DNA from: Escherichia phage P817
Length of the DNA stretch: 50,751 nucleotides
Strand: one strand, 5' to 3'
Sequence record: MZ826699.1
The notes under the pieces are model-generated. The model saw only the letters and a program-made list of their open reading frames with translations, had not been told where the DNA came from and did no database searches. Below are positions 17,905 through 27,901 of the stretch, piece by piece (the stretch's first letter is position 1; the number at the start of each line of letters is the position of its first letter). Made by a program: the position numbers and the translations under genes.

Positions 17905-19047
17905 TCAGATGTCGCTCATTTCAGGACGGTAAACGAAGCGACCGACTTCGCCGAACTCCTTGGAGTAGACAATTACCGCCGCCTGGCGATATGAGCGCCA
18001 ACCGCCGCGCGCCGCATAGGCATCTTTCGCGCCCAACTGACCGTGAACCTCATCAATACCCAGCGTGCCTTCTGTGATCGTCTGGTGATGCCAGTGTCCT
18101 GAGTGAGTGTAAATATATTTGCTCGTCCCGAACTCTTCGCGGAAGTCAGTAGCCATTGCCGCCAGGCGAGTATCAGCTTTTTTCATGGTGTGACCATGAG
18201 TGTACCCAAGCAATGTCTTACCCCACTTGGTACGGTGAAGAATCATAGGAGACGTATCAACCGTTACGCGCACCTCACCTTCAAAGTATGCCGCCATTGC
18301 AGCGCGGAGCCAAATCATACCCGCCTGATCATGGTTCCCTTCAATGATCTGGATTTCGACCTCTTCGTGCTTATCCAGCATTAGCGCTACCGCGCGGCGT
18401 ACGGAACGGATTGCAACGTGAACTAGCTTGGCGTATCGACTATCCTGATCCAGTACGTGACCGCTTGCAGGCGTTACTGCGTCCAGGCCATCAGAGTGAA
18501 GGAAGTCACCGCCGATTAACAGGACTGCTTTCTTAGCCTTCGGAGATACGCCGACAGAATAATCAAAGAAGTTTTTCAGCACTTTCTCTGAGATGTCAGT
18601 GCTGTAGTTCTCACCGCATTCATGCTTGTGTGCCATCGCGCCAATATGAAGATCGAATACCGGATAGAGCGCCAGGAGATTTTCATCGTAGTGAGGTTCG
18701 CCAAGGATAGGCTGAGCTGCCGCGCGTGGTAGTTCATCACAGAATGCTTCAATTGCAGCATCCATCATGGCGGCTAACTTTTCCTTGTCCTGATCGGTCT
18801 TAACCCAGCGCACGACCTCGGAACCGTCAGCGCGAATCATGGTTGACGTGCCTTTAACCTGAAAGCCATCTGGCACGTGTACGCTTACGTGTTTATTCCC
18901 GTGGAACTCACCGCGCTTTGCCAGGCGGCTTGAGCGCTGCTCAACAGTTCGAATGTTCATCCCGTATTCCTGGGCAATCTGGCGGAGTGTTTTACCAGCT
19001 TCGCGCTCAGCAATGAATTGTTCGTCAGTGATTTTTTGAATAGCCAT
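17905..19047 (-). CDS. calcineurin-like metallophosphoesterase with N-terminal HTH
   Basis: Motifs DLHIG, GGDFLH, GNHD, GHxH; N-terminal HTH-like KTLRQIAQEYGMNIRTVEQR. Confidence 0.6.
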   Translation of the reverse strand: MAIQKITDEQFIAEREAGKTLRQIAQEYGMNIRTVEQRSSRLAKRGEFHGNKHVSVHVPDGFQVKGTSTMIRADGSEVVRWVKTDQDKEKLAAMMDAAIEAFCDELPRAAAQPILGEPHYDENLLALYPVFDLHIGAMAHKHECGENYSTDISEKVLKNFFDYSVGVSPKAKKAVLLIGGDFLHSDGLDAVTPASGHVLDQDSRYAKLVHVAIRSVRRAVALMLDKHEEVEIQIIEGNHDQAGMIWLRAAMAAYFEGEVRVTVDTSPMILHRTKWGKTLLGYTHGHTMKKADTRLAAMATDFREEFGTSKYIYTHSGHWHHQTITEGTLGIDEVHGQLGAKDAYAARGGWRSYRQAAVIVYSKEFGEVGRFVYRPEMSDI

Positions 19048-19130
19048 TTTTGTAAATCCTTATCGTGTTAGTAAGTAGATGATAATAAAACCAATTAGCG
19101 GCGGTAATAATACAGGAATTAAGCAGCGCA

Positions 19131-19382
19131 TCAAATCTTTTTCAACCATGTTGTTAAAGTATATGGCTCAACCGCTTCACCTGCCGTCTCTGATTCGCTG
19201 GGGACCATCATACCAGTTGACGGGCTAAAATACATCAGGCGATAACCGCCACCGCGCGAACATGGCACATCTTCGAAGTCCGAAGGCAACCAGTCAGCAA
19301 AATGGATGATTGCGAACGTCTCATTGTTGTTGCTGCAAGTCGGGTATTTGTCAGCGTCAAAATCAAGTCCTGGTAAGTTCAT
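19131..19382 (-). CDS. hypothetical protein
   Basis: 83-aa ORF. Confidence 0.4.
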   Translation of the reverse strand: MNLPGLDFDADKYPTCSNNNETFAIIHFADWLPSDFEDVPCSRGGGYRLMYFSPSTGMMVPSESETAGEAVEPYTLTTWLKKI

Positions 19383-19678
19383 TTATATTTTCTCGCTGAG
19401 TCTTTCGTTGCTTGAATGCAGGCTTTGTAGTCAATCTTCACCGGAGTCGCCGGAACTCTGATCAGTTTACGCGGCCTTTCATGTATATATGTCATCTTTC
19501 CGTTGAATATGACGCATATATCTTTAATATCGAAATTCTTTGCTATAAGCGCAATATCATCACTTATTCCTGCCTCCTTGCAGTGAGTCCAAACAGCCTG
19601 ACGGCCTACCTCAACAGTTACCATAAATGTCAAAGCTCCCTGACATAGCTTGATAATCTGCGATAGGCAAGTGACCAT
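19379..19678 (-). CDS. hypothetical protein (start uncertain, possibly 19624)
   Basis: 99-aa ORF overlapping upstream gene. Confidence 0.35.
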   Translation of the reverse strand: MVTCLSQIIKLCQGALTFMVTVEVGRQAVWTHCKEAGISDDIALIAKNFDIKDICVIFNGKMTYIHERPRKLIRVPATPVKIDYKACIQATKDSARKYK

Positions 19679-19844
19679 AAGCGCCTTTGAGATATGTTAC
19701 CGCGATCACTTCATCAATCCCGCCATCCTTACCAAGCGCCAGAGCTTCACTTGCGCACTCATTAGCCAGGCGAAGCAGGTGCGGCAGTAAAATATTTTTA
19801 CGGTATGCCTGCTGGTTGTAAGTGCTAAAAGGTTGCTTCTTCAT
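19611..19844 (-). CDS. hypothetical protein
   Basis: 77 aa; preceded by conserved leader GGTATACTTCTTTCATACCAAC and RBS GAGGAA. Confidence 0.45.
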   Translation of the reverse strand: MKKQPFSTYNQQAYRKNILLPHLLRLANECASEALALGKDGGIDEVIAVTYLKGAYGHLPIADYQAMSGSFDIYGNC

Positions 19845-19914
19845 GGTGATTCCTCGTCTCGTTGGTATGAAAGAAGTATACCCGCGCGGTGGCGGGTATG
19901 TTTAGCAATTCGTG

Positions 19915-20154
19915 CTATTGGTTAAAATCTTCAGGGCAATCTTGCTTATACTCTAGAAGGTCTTTTTTAATAGACTCTCCCCATGAATTTACCGGATTGC
20001 CTTTAACCTCATCAAACGACATGTCGAGAGATCCGGAGAAATTCCACGCATCACCTTTAAACCCTGCCGCCTTAAGCTTTGTGCAAACAATACCTCTAAA
20101 TAAAAGGAACTGACCATCTTCATTTAAATTAACTTTCTTATTCATATTAAACAC
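19915..20154 (-). CDS. hypothetical protein
   Basis: 79-aa ORF, AT-rich. Confidence 0.4.
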   Translation of the reverse strand: MFNMNKKVNLNEDGQFLLFRGIVCTKLKAAGFKGDAWNFSGSLDMSFDEVKGNPVNSWGESIKKDLLEYKQDCPEDFNQ

Positions 20155-20875
20155 TCCGTTTACGTGGTTTCTTGCGGCTTACACCTGGGCAAATATCGCT
20201 AACTGAAACATAATGAGTTTGCTGGGTTTCGCCTTCTTTAAGTTTTCGCATGATGAAGATTACAGATCCCTTATTATTCCCATCTACAGGCTTTCCGGTC
20301 AGTCCAGATATGAATGCTAGTCGCCCCGTCCGGCAATATTCCTGTCTGTCAATCTCTGTGATGTCAGCCTCAATCCAGATGATTTCAGCCGCGTTGCGTC
20401 GGGCTTCTGCAAACCAAGCCGTTGAGTTATCACCAGGAAGCAACATATCAATCTGATTGTTGTGTTCCATTTGCTCAATCGCTTTCTTAACGAAAGGATC
20501 TGGATGTGAGTACGGCGGATTAAGCCAGATGTGCTTATTGCTACCCCACCAAATTTTTAGGCAGTTCACTTGTTCGCTGTAGAACTTTTCGCACACAGCA
20601 TTGTTAGCGCTGGCGGCGGCGTCAATGTCATACTTACCATAGCGCGACTCCATCCATGAGATCACTTCTCTGTCAGTTGCCCAAAGGTCACGAACTGCGT
20701 CAGGCGTCTTGCTTCCGGCGTATCGGTTTCCAGTTACCCGATAGAATGTGTCCGGCTTTACAGCTTGGTAATGACCGTTCCCAGGAACAAGCGCATTAGT
20801 AACAAAATTTTCACGCTCGATCTGCTCAAAGCTAACGAATGCGTCATGAGTATACTTGTCGTTTGAGTCGATCAT
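20147..20875 (-). CDS. dam: DNA N6-adenine methyltransferase (Dam-like)
   Basis: NPPY catalytic motif (HIWLNPPYSHPD); 242 aa. Confidence 0.7.
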   Translation of the reverse strand: MIDSNDKYTHDAFVSFEQIERENFVTNALVPGNGHYQAVKPDTFYRVTGNRYAGSKTPDAVRDLWATDREVISWMESRYGKYDIDAAASANNAVCEKFYSEQVNCLKIWWGSNKHIWLNPPYSHPDPFVKKAIEQMEHNNQIDMLLPGDNSTAWFAEARRNAAEIIWIEADITEIDRQEYCRTGRLAFISGLTGKPVDGNNKGSVIFIMRKLKEGETQQTHYVSVSDICPGVSRKKPRKRSV

Positions 20876-20876
20876 C

Positions 20877-21149
20877 TTATTTAACCTCGGTAACTTTGCA
20901 GTTATTAACAGCGACGAACCCGCCTACGCTAACTTTTACCTGACTTTCAGTCACGTTGTAAACCGCCTTCCCCAAGAAAGTTTGCAGTTCATAGTGATCG
21001 CCTTCACGCTCAATAACAACGCCCTTGTCTGAAACAATCTGCGACTTGGTTACTGTGAAGGATTCCTTACCGCAATCGTAAAACTTGGTATCTTCTGCAC
21101 AACCTGCCATTGCCACAACTGCCAGTAGAGCGATGATTGACTTTTTCAT
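20877..21149 (-). CDS. putative lipoprotein
   Basis: MKKSIIALLAVVAMAGC signal peptide plus lipobox. Confidence 0.5.
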   Translation of the reverse strand: MKKSIIALLAVVAMAGCAEDTKFYDCGKESFTVTKSQIVSDKGVVIEREGDHYELQTFLGKAVYNVTESQVKVSVGGFVAVNNCKVTEVK

Positions 21150-21215
21150 TTTGTTTTCCTTGGTTGGTTACTTCGTTTCGATGAGGTGATAATACACCAC
21201 CTCACTGATTCGTCT

Positions 21216-21644
21216 TTAGCAATTCGTGCTATTCAGCATATCAGCAACTGCTTTCTTGTATTCCTCCTGGCCGTACGCCACCGCCGCGAACCCGCCACGC
21301 TCTCGGACACGCCGGAGGAACTCTTTCTGCTCCTTGCTGACTGGTTTTGCCTTTCCTTTCCCGCTCTTATTTACTCGCTTCAATTCTATGGCCCCGAACG
21401 GGTATTTACCGAACGGGCCGAGAAGAAATACAAAATCACTAACACCCTTCAATAACCCGCTCTGAGAGTCAACAAGTGCTGAATGCATCGTCTTTACCCC
21501 CTCATTAACGGTGTGCCAGAATAATAGCTCTCCATGCCTAACTTTAGTCCAGGTCACGCAATCGACCTGGTGCTTGTTCTCTGTCCATGTATCCGATTTG
21601 TCTGGAGTGTAATATTCCAGGTAGTCGCCTTTGTCTGTGATCAT
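21216..21644 (-). CDS. VRR-NUC domain nuclease (PD-(D/E)xK)
   Basis: GVSDFVFLLGPFGKYPFGAIELKRVNKSGK...SKEQKEFLRRV pattern; immediately downstream of helicase. Confidence 0.55.
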   Translation of the reverse strand: MITDKGDYLEYYTPDKSDTWTENKHQVDCVTWTKVRHGELLFWHTVNEGVKTMHSALVDSQSGLLKGVSDFVFLLGPFGKYPFGAIELKRVNKSGKGKAKPVSKEQKEFLRRVRERGGFAAVAYGQEEYKKAVADMLNSTNC

Positions 21645-23743
21645 AAGTTACCGTCCAATCCAAAATCCTTACGTGAGATAATATCCTCACCCTTTGCATT
21701 CTTGCGGTGAGTTACCCGCACCGGATGCGCTATGTGGTGAGCATTGTTTAAAATCATTTTCGCACTTCTGTAAGCCGCCATTAATTTCGCGACCTTACTG
21801 TCATGCACATGAGGCAATACCCCTTTTTGTTTCCATATCGTGTGACATACCTGCGCCGTTGATTGAGGGAAAAACTTCTCATACGCGATGAAGTTAACTC
21901 CCACTGAGTCTGTCAGGTCGTACCGATAAAGAATACCAGTCTGATTACGTGTCAGAGTTACTTCAAAGCTGTTAACTGTGCACCAGTCGTTTTTGGTGTA
22001 AGCCTTACCAGTCAGGTTATCATTTGGATCTTTCAGGCTAACGTCGCAGCAACGGCATATTCTCGCCACTACGTCATTCTCAGCGCCACACCCCTTAACG
22101 ATAACCTCGCCAGTGCGATCATCAATTTGGTCTTCGCAGATACGAGACTTCCAGAAATACTCACAACGATTGCCATTTTCGTCTCTGTGAATGCAGCGGC
22201 GGGCGTAAAAACTGTTCTCTGTTCCGCACAGTTCACATTTTTTCGGTTCTTCCTTACCATCAAATCGGCGCTGGTACTGAGCCTCTTCAAGAATAGGATC
22301 GAAGTAAAGCTGACCAAGCTCATCCATAGTGCCAGCGAAATCCCATACCAGGTGATCTTTCTTCACCATTCCCATCGCTTTTTGCCACGGCTTAAGCAAT
22401 CGCATACCTCTACCAAGCAACTGTATTAGAAGGGTAAGCGAGCCGATCTTGCGAAGTATTACCGAAAAATCCCAAAACGGAACGTTAACGCCAGTGGTTA
22501 GCGCTACCACCTGGAATATGTATTTGATCTCGCCACGGTTCGCCGCCTCCAGTATCGCTTGTCGTTTTTTGGTGTTCGTCTTCTCCGTGATGATCTCATA
22601 GGTAGCGTCAGGTGGCAGATAGCTCGCCGCCTCTTTGCAATGGCGCTGGCCTGCGCACGTAATCAGTACGCCATTTCGCTTTTTCGCTTCCTCTACGACC
22701 ATCCCCATAATTCGCTTTGTCATGCTGGCGTTGTCATGGATTTTCTTTTCCATCGCCTTCATTTCTTTCTGGCTAAAATCTGCCGTCCCGTCCTGGCCTG
22801 ATGCCTTGAACTCATCCAGATCATATCCAGCGTCACCGACACTTCCGAAAATGGTTGGGACAACAGAGCCGAACTCAATAAGGTAGCTGGTGTCGATGTT
22901 AGTAACCTGCTCACGCCAGAACCCGGGTAACTTAGGGTTATCGACAACAATCGGAGTTGTGCCTCTGAACTCAGAACCAGTCATGCCGAAGATTCGCAAT
23001 TCCTTCCCGTTCTTCTCTTTGCAGCGGCGCATCAATTCAGTGATAATGATCGTGTACTGGCTTCGTTTGGTTCCAAGAACAGGCTCGCCAGTCTTCCGGC
23101 TTATCAGTAATTGCTTATCCATAACCTGAACGCCAACCTCTACGCCATCAAGGTATCCATTGACATAGCCCTCGCTGTTTTTCGGGTAGTCAACGAATAC
23201 ACGCTCATCCTTTTCAGTGAGCATCATCTCAATCGTTTCTTCGTTGTCGATGGCGGCGGCAAGGTCTTCCCAATCCACCTGGTGACATTCATCAATCCCA
23301 AGCACCATGGGCGTAAAGTCACCAAGCGCCTTAAACAGACCGTTTGCAACCGAACCTTCCGATCCAACAACGATGGGGAAGTAAGCTGATTTTGTGTTCA
23401 GGCCAGCACAGTAAACTGAGTTAGGAACGCCGAAGTTTGAGATTTCTTCACTATCCTGAGCAACAATGTCGCCCTGGCGTGCAAGAATCATCATCGATAA
23501 GCCCATCTCTTTGACGCGCGATGCGATCATGGCAAAGCCGATTGTCTTACCTGCCGACACTGACGCCTTAACGATGAATGGATGCTTATAGCGAGCAATG
23601 CGCTTGCCGATCTCGTCATACATTACGCACTGATATTCATAAGGAACCATGTCACCGAACGTGAATTTATCCTGAATCTCTTTAATCTTCTGCGGTCCGA
23701 GTTCTTCTATCTGTTTTTTAATGGATTTAATGCGCATAGCCAT
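21641..23743 (-). CDS. superfamily 2 DEAD/DExH-box helicase with C-terminal Cys-rich zinc-ribbon-like region
   Basis: Walker A SVSAGKT, motif II GIDECH; C-terminal CELCGT...CIHRDENGNRCEYFW. Confidence 0.8.
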   Translation of the reverse strand: MAMRIKSIKKQIEELGPQKIKEIQDKFTFGDMVPYEYQCVMYDEIGKRIARYKHPFIVKASVSAGKTIGFAMIASRVKEMGLSMMILARQGDIVAQDSEEISNFGVPNSVYCAGLNTKSAYFPIVVGSEGSVANGLFKALGDFTPMVLGIDECHQVDWEDLAAAIDNEETIEMMLTEKDERVFVDYPKNSEGYVNGYLDGVEVGVQVMDKQLLISRKTGEPVLGTKRSQYTIIITELMRRCKEKNGKELRIFGMTGSEFRGTTPIVVDNPKLPGFWREQVTNIDTSYLIEFGSVVPTIFGSVGDAGYDLDEFKASGQDGTADFSQKEMKAMEKKIHDNASMTKRIMGMVVEEAKKRNGVLITCAGQRHCKEAASYLPPDATYEIITEKTNTKKRQAILEAANRGEIKYIFQVVALTTGVNVPFWDFSVILRKIGSLTLLIQLLGRGMRLLKPWQKAMGMVKKDHLVWDFAGTMDELGQLYFDPILEEAQYQRRFDGKEEPKKCELCGTENSFYARRCIHRDENGNRCEYFWKSRICEDQIDDRTGEVIVKGCGAENDVVARICRCCDVSLKDPNDNLTGKAYTKNDWCTVNSFEVTLTRNQTGILYRYDLTDSVGVNFIAYEKFFPQSTAQVCHTIWKQKGVLPHVHDSKVAKLMAAYRSAKMILNNAHHIAHPVRVTHRKNAKGEDIISRKDFGLDGNL

Positions 23744-23827
23744 AGTATTAAATGCCTTTCATGTTCGTTCGATTGACGTTATAATAACAACCATCGAAAC
23801 CAATGTTTAACAAAAAGTGCTATTGAG

Positions 23828-24310
23828 GTGATGAAAATGAATGCAAATGATAAGCGTACTCTTAACGGTAACAACGGAACTATCCGCACGGAAGATAAGA
23901 AGCAGCGCAAACGACCGTCAGGTTACTATGTTCTCAAGGATGAAGTAAAGGCCGGATTAAGAGCGCGACTTGATATTGTGTTTGAGTTCTACGGCAGCAA
24001 GGCGAACATGGCGAAACAATTAAAAGTTACTCGCCAGGCCGTTGAGGAATGGTTTAAGCGTGGGATGATGTCGGCCCGTGGCGCTCAATTGGCGCACAAC
24101 CGATACAAGCGAACTGGCGAAGGGTTCCGCGCTACATTCTGCCGACCGGATCTCCAATTCGATGGAAATGGAAAGCCGCTGACACTCCGGTGCAAAAAAC
24201 GTCACATGCTGCGCGTTGTTACTGAGGCTGAATTAGCTACTAAGCCAGAATGTCGATCGTGGCGCAAGATTAAGGCCGCTAACGAAGCAGCACGGAAAGC
24301 TAAAGAATAA
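23828..24310 (+). CDS. putative HTH DNA-binding protein
   Basis: Candidate HTH ANMAKQLKVTRQAVEEWFKRG; basic protein; first gene of a rightward unit. Confidence 0.4.
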   Translation: MMKMNANDKRTLNGNNGTIRTEDKKQRKRPSGYYVLKDEVKAGLRARLDIVFEFYGSKANMAKQLKVTRQAVEEWFKRGMMSARGAQLAHNRYKRTGEGFRATFCRPDLQFDGNGKPLTLRCKKRHMLRVVTEAELATKPECRSWRKIKAANEAARKAKE

Positions 24311-24315
24311 CAATC

Positions 24316-24350
24316 AAGGTTGTGCCATAATTGGTGCAACCTTTTTTATT
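24316..24350 (+). terminator. intrinsic terminator (GGTTGTGCC-ATAATT-GGTGCAACC + T6)
   Basis: 9-bp stem with two G-U pairs followed by TTTTTTATT. Confidence 0.5.
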
Positions 24351-24362
24351 GGAGTAAATACA

Positions 24363-25304
24363 TTGAACGAGATGTTCCAGAAAGAAGAAGTGCTGCCGTA
24401 CATGAAGGGATTATGGCGTGAGGCGTTACAATCCATTTGTGGCTTGCAATCCGGCGTGTTCAATAAGAAGCACCAGCCATGCCCACACTGTGGCGGCACT
24501 GATCGCTTCCGTTGGACTGATAACATTAACTCACCTGGTGATGGTGGCGCTGTATGTAACCAGTGCGGGAGCGACTCCGGAGTTGGCTGGATGATGAGGC
24601 TGACTGGTGAGCCTTACAGTGAGGTTATTAACATTCTTGGTCGATTCCTTGGTAAAGTTCCGCAGGATTACAAAGCTAAGGCTTACCGCAGGGCGTCTCG
24701 CGTACCGGAGAAAGGCCTTGGCAAGATGGCGGATCATGAGTCGTGCGTATCTGTAATGGAGCGCACAGAAAAGCGCGAGAGCACCGATTTAAGCGTGTAT
24801 GAGTGCCTAACCGAAGATTCATATGATGTTGGCGTAAAAGTGCGTCAGGATGGCACTGAGGAGCTAATACACGCATTACCGTGCTACATGGTCCACCATG
24901 ACGGAATTGATGAGGATATGTGTAACGTCATGTTTGCTTATGATAATGGCGAATACACTTTCCTTGCGCGTGATTATTCTCGCGGCTCAGTGGTTAAGCT
25001 GGGGAGTGGCGAGGATGATGCAGCTATATATATGACAAGCGATCTGATTGATGGTTATCGTGTGAAGATGGCGACCAGTCAGGAAGTGTGGGTGACTTTC
25101 TCCCCTGAGAATCTTGAGATTGTTGCTTATCGGTATCGAGGAGATCGAGAGTTGCGCGTTGCGTGTCCGGCTGATGATTTGCGAACGCTTTACATGGCAG
25201 ATGAACGTGATTTAAAAGTTGTAGTGCCGAACGGCGGAAACTTCAAAATGGGCCTTGAGAGAAAGTTATATACGCCGCAGGATCTGATAGATAAGTATTC
25301 ATGA
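24363..25304 (+). CDS. putative DNA primase (N-terminal zinc ribbon)
   Basis: CPHCGGTDRF...CNQCG zinc-ribbon pattern as in primase-helicase zinc-binding domains; TTG start after GGAG. Confidence 0.45.
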   Translation: MNEMFQKEEVLPYMKGLWREALQSICGLQSGVFNKKHQPCPHCGGTDRFRWTDNINSPGDGGAVCNQCGSDSGVGWMMRLTGEPYSEVINILGRFLGKVPQDYKAKAYRRASRVPEKGLGKMADHESCVSVMERTEKRESTDLSVYECLTEDSYDVGVKVRQDGTEELIHALPCYMVHHDGIDEDMCNVMFAYDNGEYTFLARDYSRGSVVKLGSGEDDAAIYMTSDLIDGYRVKMATSQEVWVTFSPENLEIVAYRYRGDRELRVACPADDLRTLYMADERDLKVVVPNGGNFKMGLERKLYTPQDLIDKYS

Positions 25305-25399
25305 CAATTACCCGCTACGGAGGGTTTTTTTATGCCTTACGTAATGCTATACTGCACTTTAGCAATTCGTGCTAAACACCAATATAGGAGTTGATTATT

Positions 25400-27901
25400 A
25401 TGGCAATTTATGACTTAGGAACTGCGTCGCTAGCCGCAAATGGCGAGGTGACTGGTATCGGTACAACATGGAAAGCACCTCTTACACTGATTCGAGTTGG
25501 TGCTACCATTGTTTTCAAAACTGAACCAGTACAGATTTACACCATCTCAGAAATTATCAGCGACACTCAGATTAATGTTTACAATCCAAATTCTGAAACT
25601 GTTCCTGCCGGGACTGGTTACGCGATTCTTGCTCACGATGGAATTACCGTTCAGGGGTTGGCTCAGGATGTTGCAGAAACCCTTCGTTACTATCAGTCGA
25701 GTGAGACAGAAGTTGCAGATGCTGTTGATGCATTTAACAATTTTGACTCTGCTGATTTTGAATCAAAGGTAACGCAGGTAAACACGCAGTACGGTGATGT
25801 TGTTACGATTGCAGAACAGGTAAACACGAAGTACGGTGATATTGTTACGATTGCAGAACAGGTTTCAAGTGATGCATCATCATCACAAATTAACGCCACC
25901 AATGCATCATCTTCCGCCGATAGAGCAGAGGCGGCGGCAAACTCTGTGTCTGGAACATTAACTTTAAGCTTCTCCGATGGAGGAACGGTAGAGTCTAAAA
26001 GACAACAGGTTTTATACATCAATGGAAATGAGGTTAAATCTTATGTCTGGACTGGATCATTACCAAAGACTTTTCCAGTCGGTTCAACTCCTGAAACTTC
26101 CGGTGGTGTTGGTTTAGGTGCGTGGGTTATTGTTGGCGACGCATCGCTGCGCAGTGACTTAGCAAAAACAAATGGTGCAGGATTAATCGGAGGTTTATCA
26201 AAACCGATTACGTTCTGGGGTGCTGTAGGTGATGGTGTTACAAATAACACATCAGCATTCAATTCTGCTGAGGATTCACAGTTTAATGATATATACATAC
26301 CTGAAGGCAACTTTAAGGTTGATAATATTACCTTTAATAAACGATATTGGGGTCCAGGGATTGTGGTAATCGATCACAAATCTGATTTCACTGGCGTGGG
26401 AATTAACGACATGACCGTGTCAGGAATATACAATGGACAGCAAGATCTAAATGCAATTGTAAGAATAAAGGAAGCTTCAAATCCTGATAAGCTTGAATTC
26501 AGTACAGACAATGGAGTTACATGGCATGACACGATAGACGTGTACAATCCAATCGATGACAGTGTATCTCCGCAACCAATCGTAATACTTGCAGGCGGGG
26601 TGGATTTTTTCGTAAGTGGATTGAAGATAAGCTTTTCTTCAACCACTGGACATACAGCAAATGACTCATGGTCATTTTTAATTCCTTCCAATCCATCAGT
26701 AATAAACACAGGAAGTGGTAGCATCGTTAAATCAGGAAGCATTATTTTTAATGTTAGTGGAAACAATGACACTAATACTTCCGCTGGAAAAGACTCATTA
26801 GGCGGTGGAAACGTAGGAGCTAACAATACCGCATATGGGTGGAAGTGCTTATACTCAAACACTACAGGATACGCAAATACCGCGTCTGGGATTCAGTCTA
26901 TGGAAAACAATAAGACTGGTAAAAACAACTGTGCATACGGTGCTGATTCTCTAAGAACTAACGTATCTGGTTCTGATAACGTAGCTGTTGGGGTCTTTGC
27001 GTCAGGAGCAAACACAACAGGGTACGGTAACACTGGACTTGGTAACGATGCCAATAGGTACAATGAAACAGGATTCGGAAATACCGCAGCGGGTGTGCAG
27101 GCACTGTACCACAACAAGGCCGGTAATGAGAACACAGCTTTCGGTGAATACGCATTACGCGGCGGAAGTTCCAGTATGCCTACGGGAACATCTGTTCAGT
27201 ATTTCGTGGCTGTAGGGGCTAAAGCTGGTTTCAACGCGTTAGGTAATAACAACACTGCTATCGGATACGAGGCGCTATATGCGGCCTCAGGTGCAAATAA
27301 CGTTGGAGTTGGGTTTGACGCAGGATTCAAAGTTACCGACGGGTCTTTCAATATATTTTTAGGGGCATCGTCAGGCAACGTTACTGGGCAGGCCGAGCAC
27401 GTCCATAACTGTGTTCTTCTTGGTGATAGTACGAAATCAACGGGGAGTAACGCGGTTGCTATCGGTAGCGGGGTAACTGCGGCGCAAAACACGATCGCAA
27501 TCGGCAACAGCTATCACACAGACATTTTCCATTACGGAAATTTAAAGCCGCAATTAGATAACACCTTTAGTATAGGAAGTTCTTCTGCAAGGTACACACA
27601 AGTTTACGCGACCAACGGCACCATTAATACATCTGACGAGCGGTTAAAAACACCACTCGATTTCGACCTGTTAGATGCTGAAAAAAGAGCCGCCGCTGAG
27701 ATAAAAAAACATATCGGTAAATTCAGGTGGTTAGACCATGTTGGTAGTAAAGTGCATTTTGGTGTTGGCGCTCAGGCAGTGGAGCGAATACTAACTAAAA
27801 ATGGACTTAACAGTAACGACTACGCTTTCCTTGTAAAAGAAAATGGTTCTTATGGTATTAACTACGGGGAGTTGGCTATGTTTATATTAATGGCGATTTA
27901 A
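25400..27901 (+). CDS. tail fiber with C-terminal intramolecular chaperone (S74-type) domain
   Basis: N-terminus MAIYDLGTASLAANGEVTGIGTTW; Gly/Asn-rich repeats; C-terminal SDERLK...FGVGAQAVERIL motif; start ATG after AGGAG. Confidence 0.7.
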   Translation: MAIYDLGTASLAANGEVTGIGTTWKAPLTLIRVGATIVFKTEPVQIYTISEIISDTQINVYNPNSETVPAGTGYAILAHDGITVQGLAQDVAETLRYYQSSETEVADAVDAFNNFDSADFESKVTQVNTQYGDVVTIAEQVNTKYGDIVTIAEQVSSDASSSQINATNASSSADRAEAAANSVSGTLTLSFSDGGTVESKRQQVLYINGNEVKSYVWTGSLPKTFPVGSTPETSGGVGLGAWVIVGDASLRSDLAKTNGAGLIGGLSKPITFWGAVGDGVTNNTSAFNSAEDSQFNDIYIPEGNFKVDNITFNKRYWGPGIVVIDHKSDFTGVGINDMTVSGIYNGQQDLNAIVRIKEASNPDKLEFSTDNGVTWHDTIDVYNPIDDSVSPQPIVILAGGVDFFVSGLKISFSSTTGHTANDSWSFLIPSNPSVINTGSGSIVKSGSIIFNVSGNNDTNTSAGKDSLGGGNVGANNTAYGWKCLYSNTTGYANTASGIQSMENNKTGKNNCAYGADSLRTNVSGSDNVAVGVFASGANTTGYGNTGLGNDANRYNETGFGNTAAGVQALYHNKAGNENTAFGEYALRGGSSSMPTGTSVQYFVAVGAKAGFNALGNNNTAIGYEALYAASGANNVGVGFDAGFKVTDGSFNIFLGASSGNVTGQAEHVHNCVLLGDSTKSTGSNAVAIGSGVTAAQNTIAIGNSYHTDIFHYGNLKPQLDNTFSIGSSSARYTQVYATNGTINTSDERLKTPLDFDLLDAEKRAAAEIKKHIGKFRWLDHVGSKVHFGVGAQAVERILTKNGLNSNDYAFLVKENGSYGINYGELAMFILMAI
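25778..25861 (+). repeat. 42-bp tandem duplication inside tail fiber gene (VNTQYGDVVTIAEQ / VNTKYGDIVTIAEQ)
   Basis: Two adjacent near-identical 42-bp units. Confidence 0.8.

Noticed and set aside
25310-25335. Possible terminator CCCGCTACGGAGGG + T7 after the primase-like gene
   Set aside because: Stem pairing is poor (3-5 bp with mismatches) despite the T-run; too weak to call.
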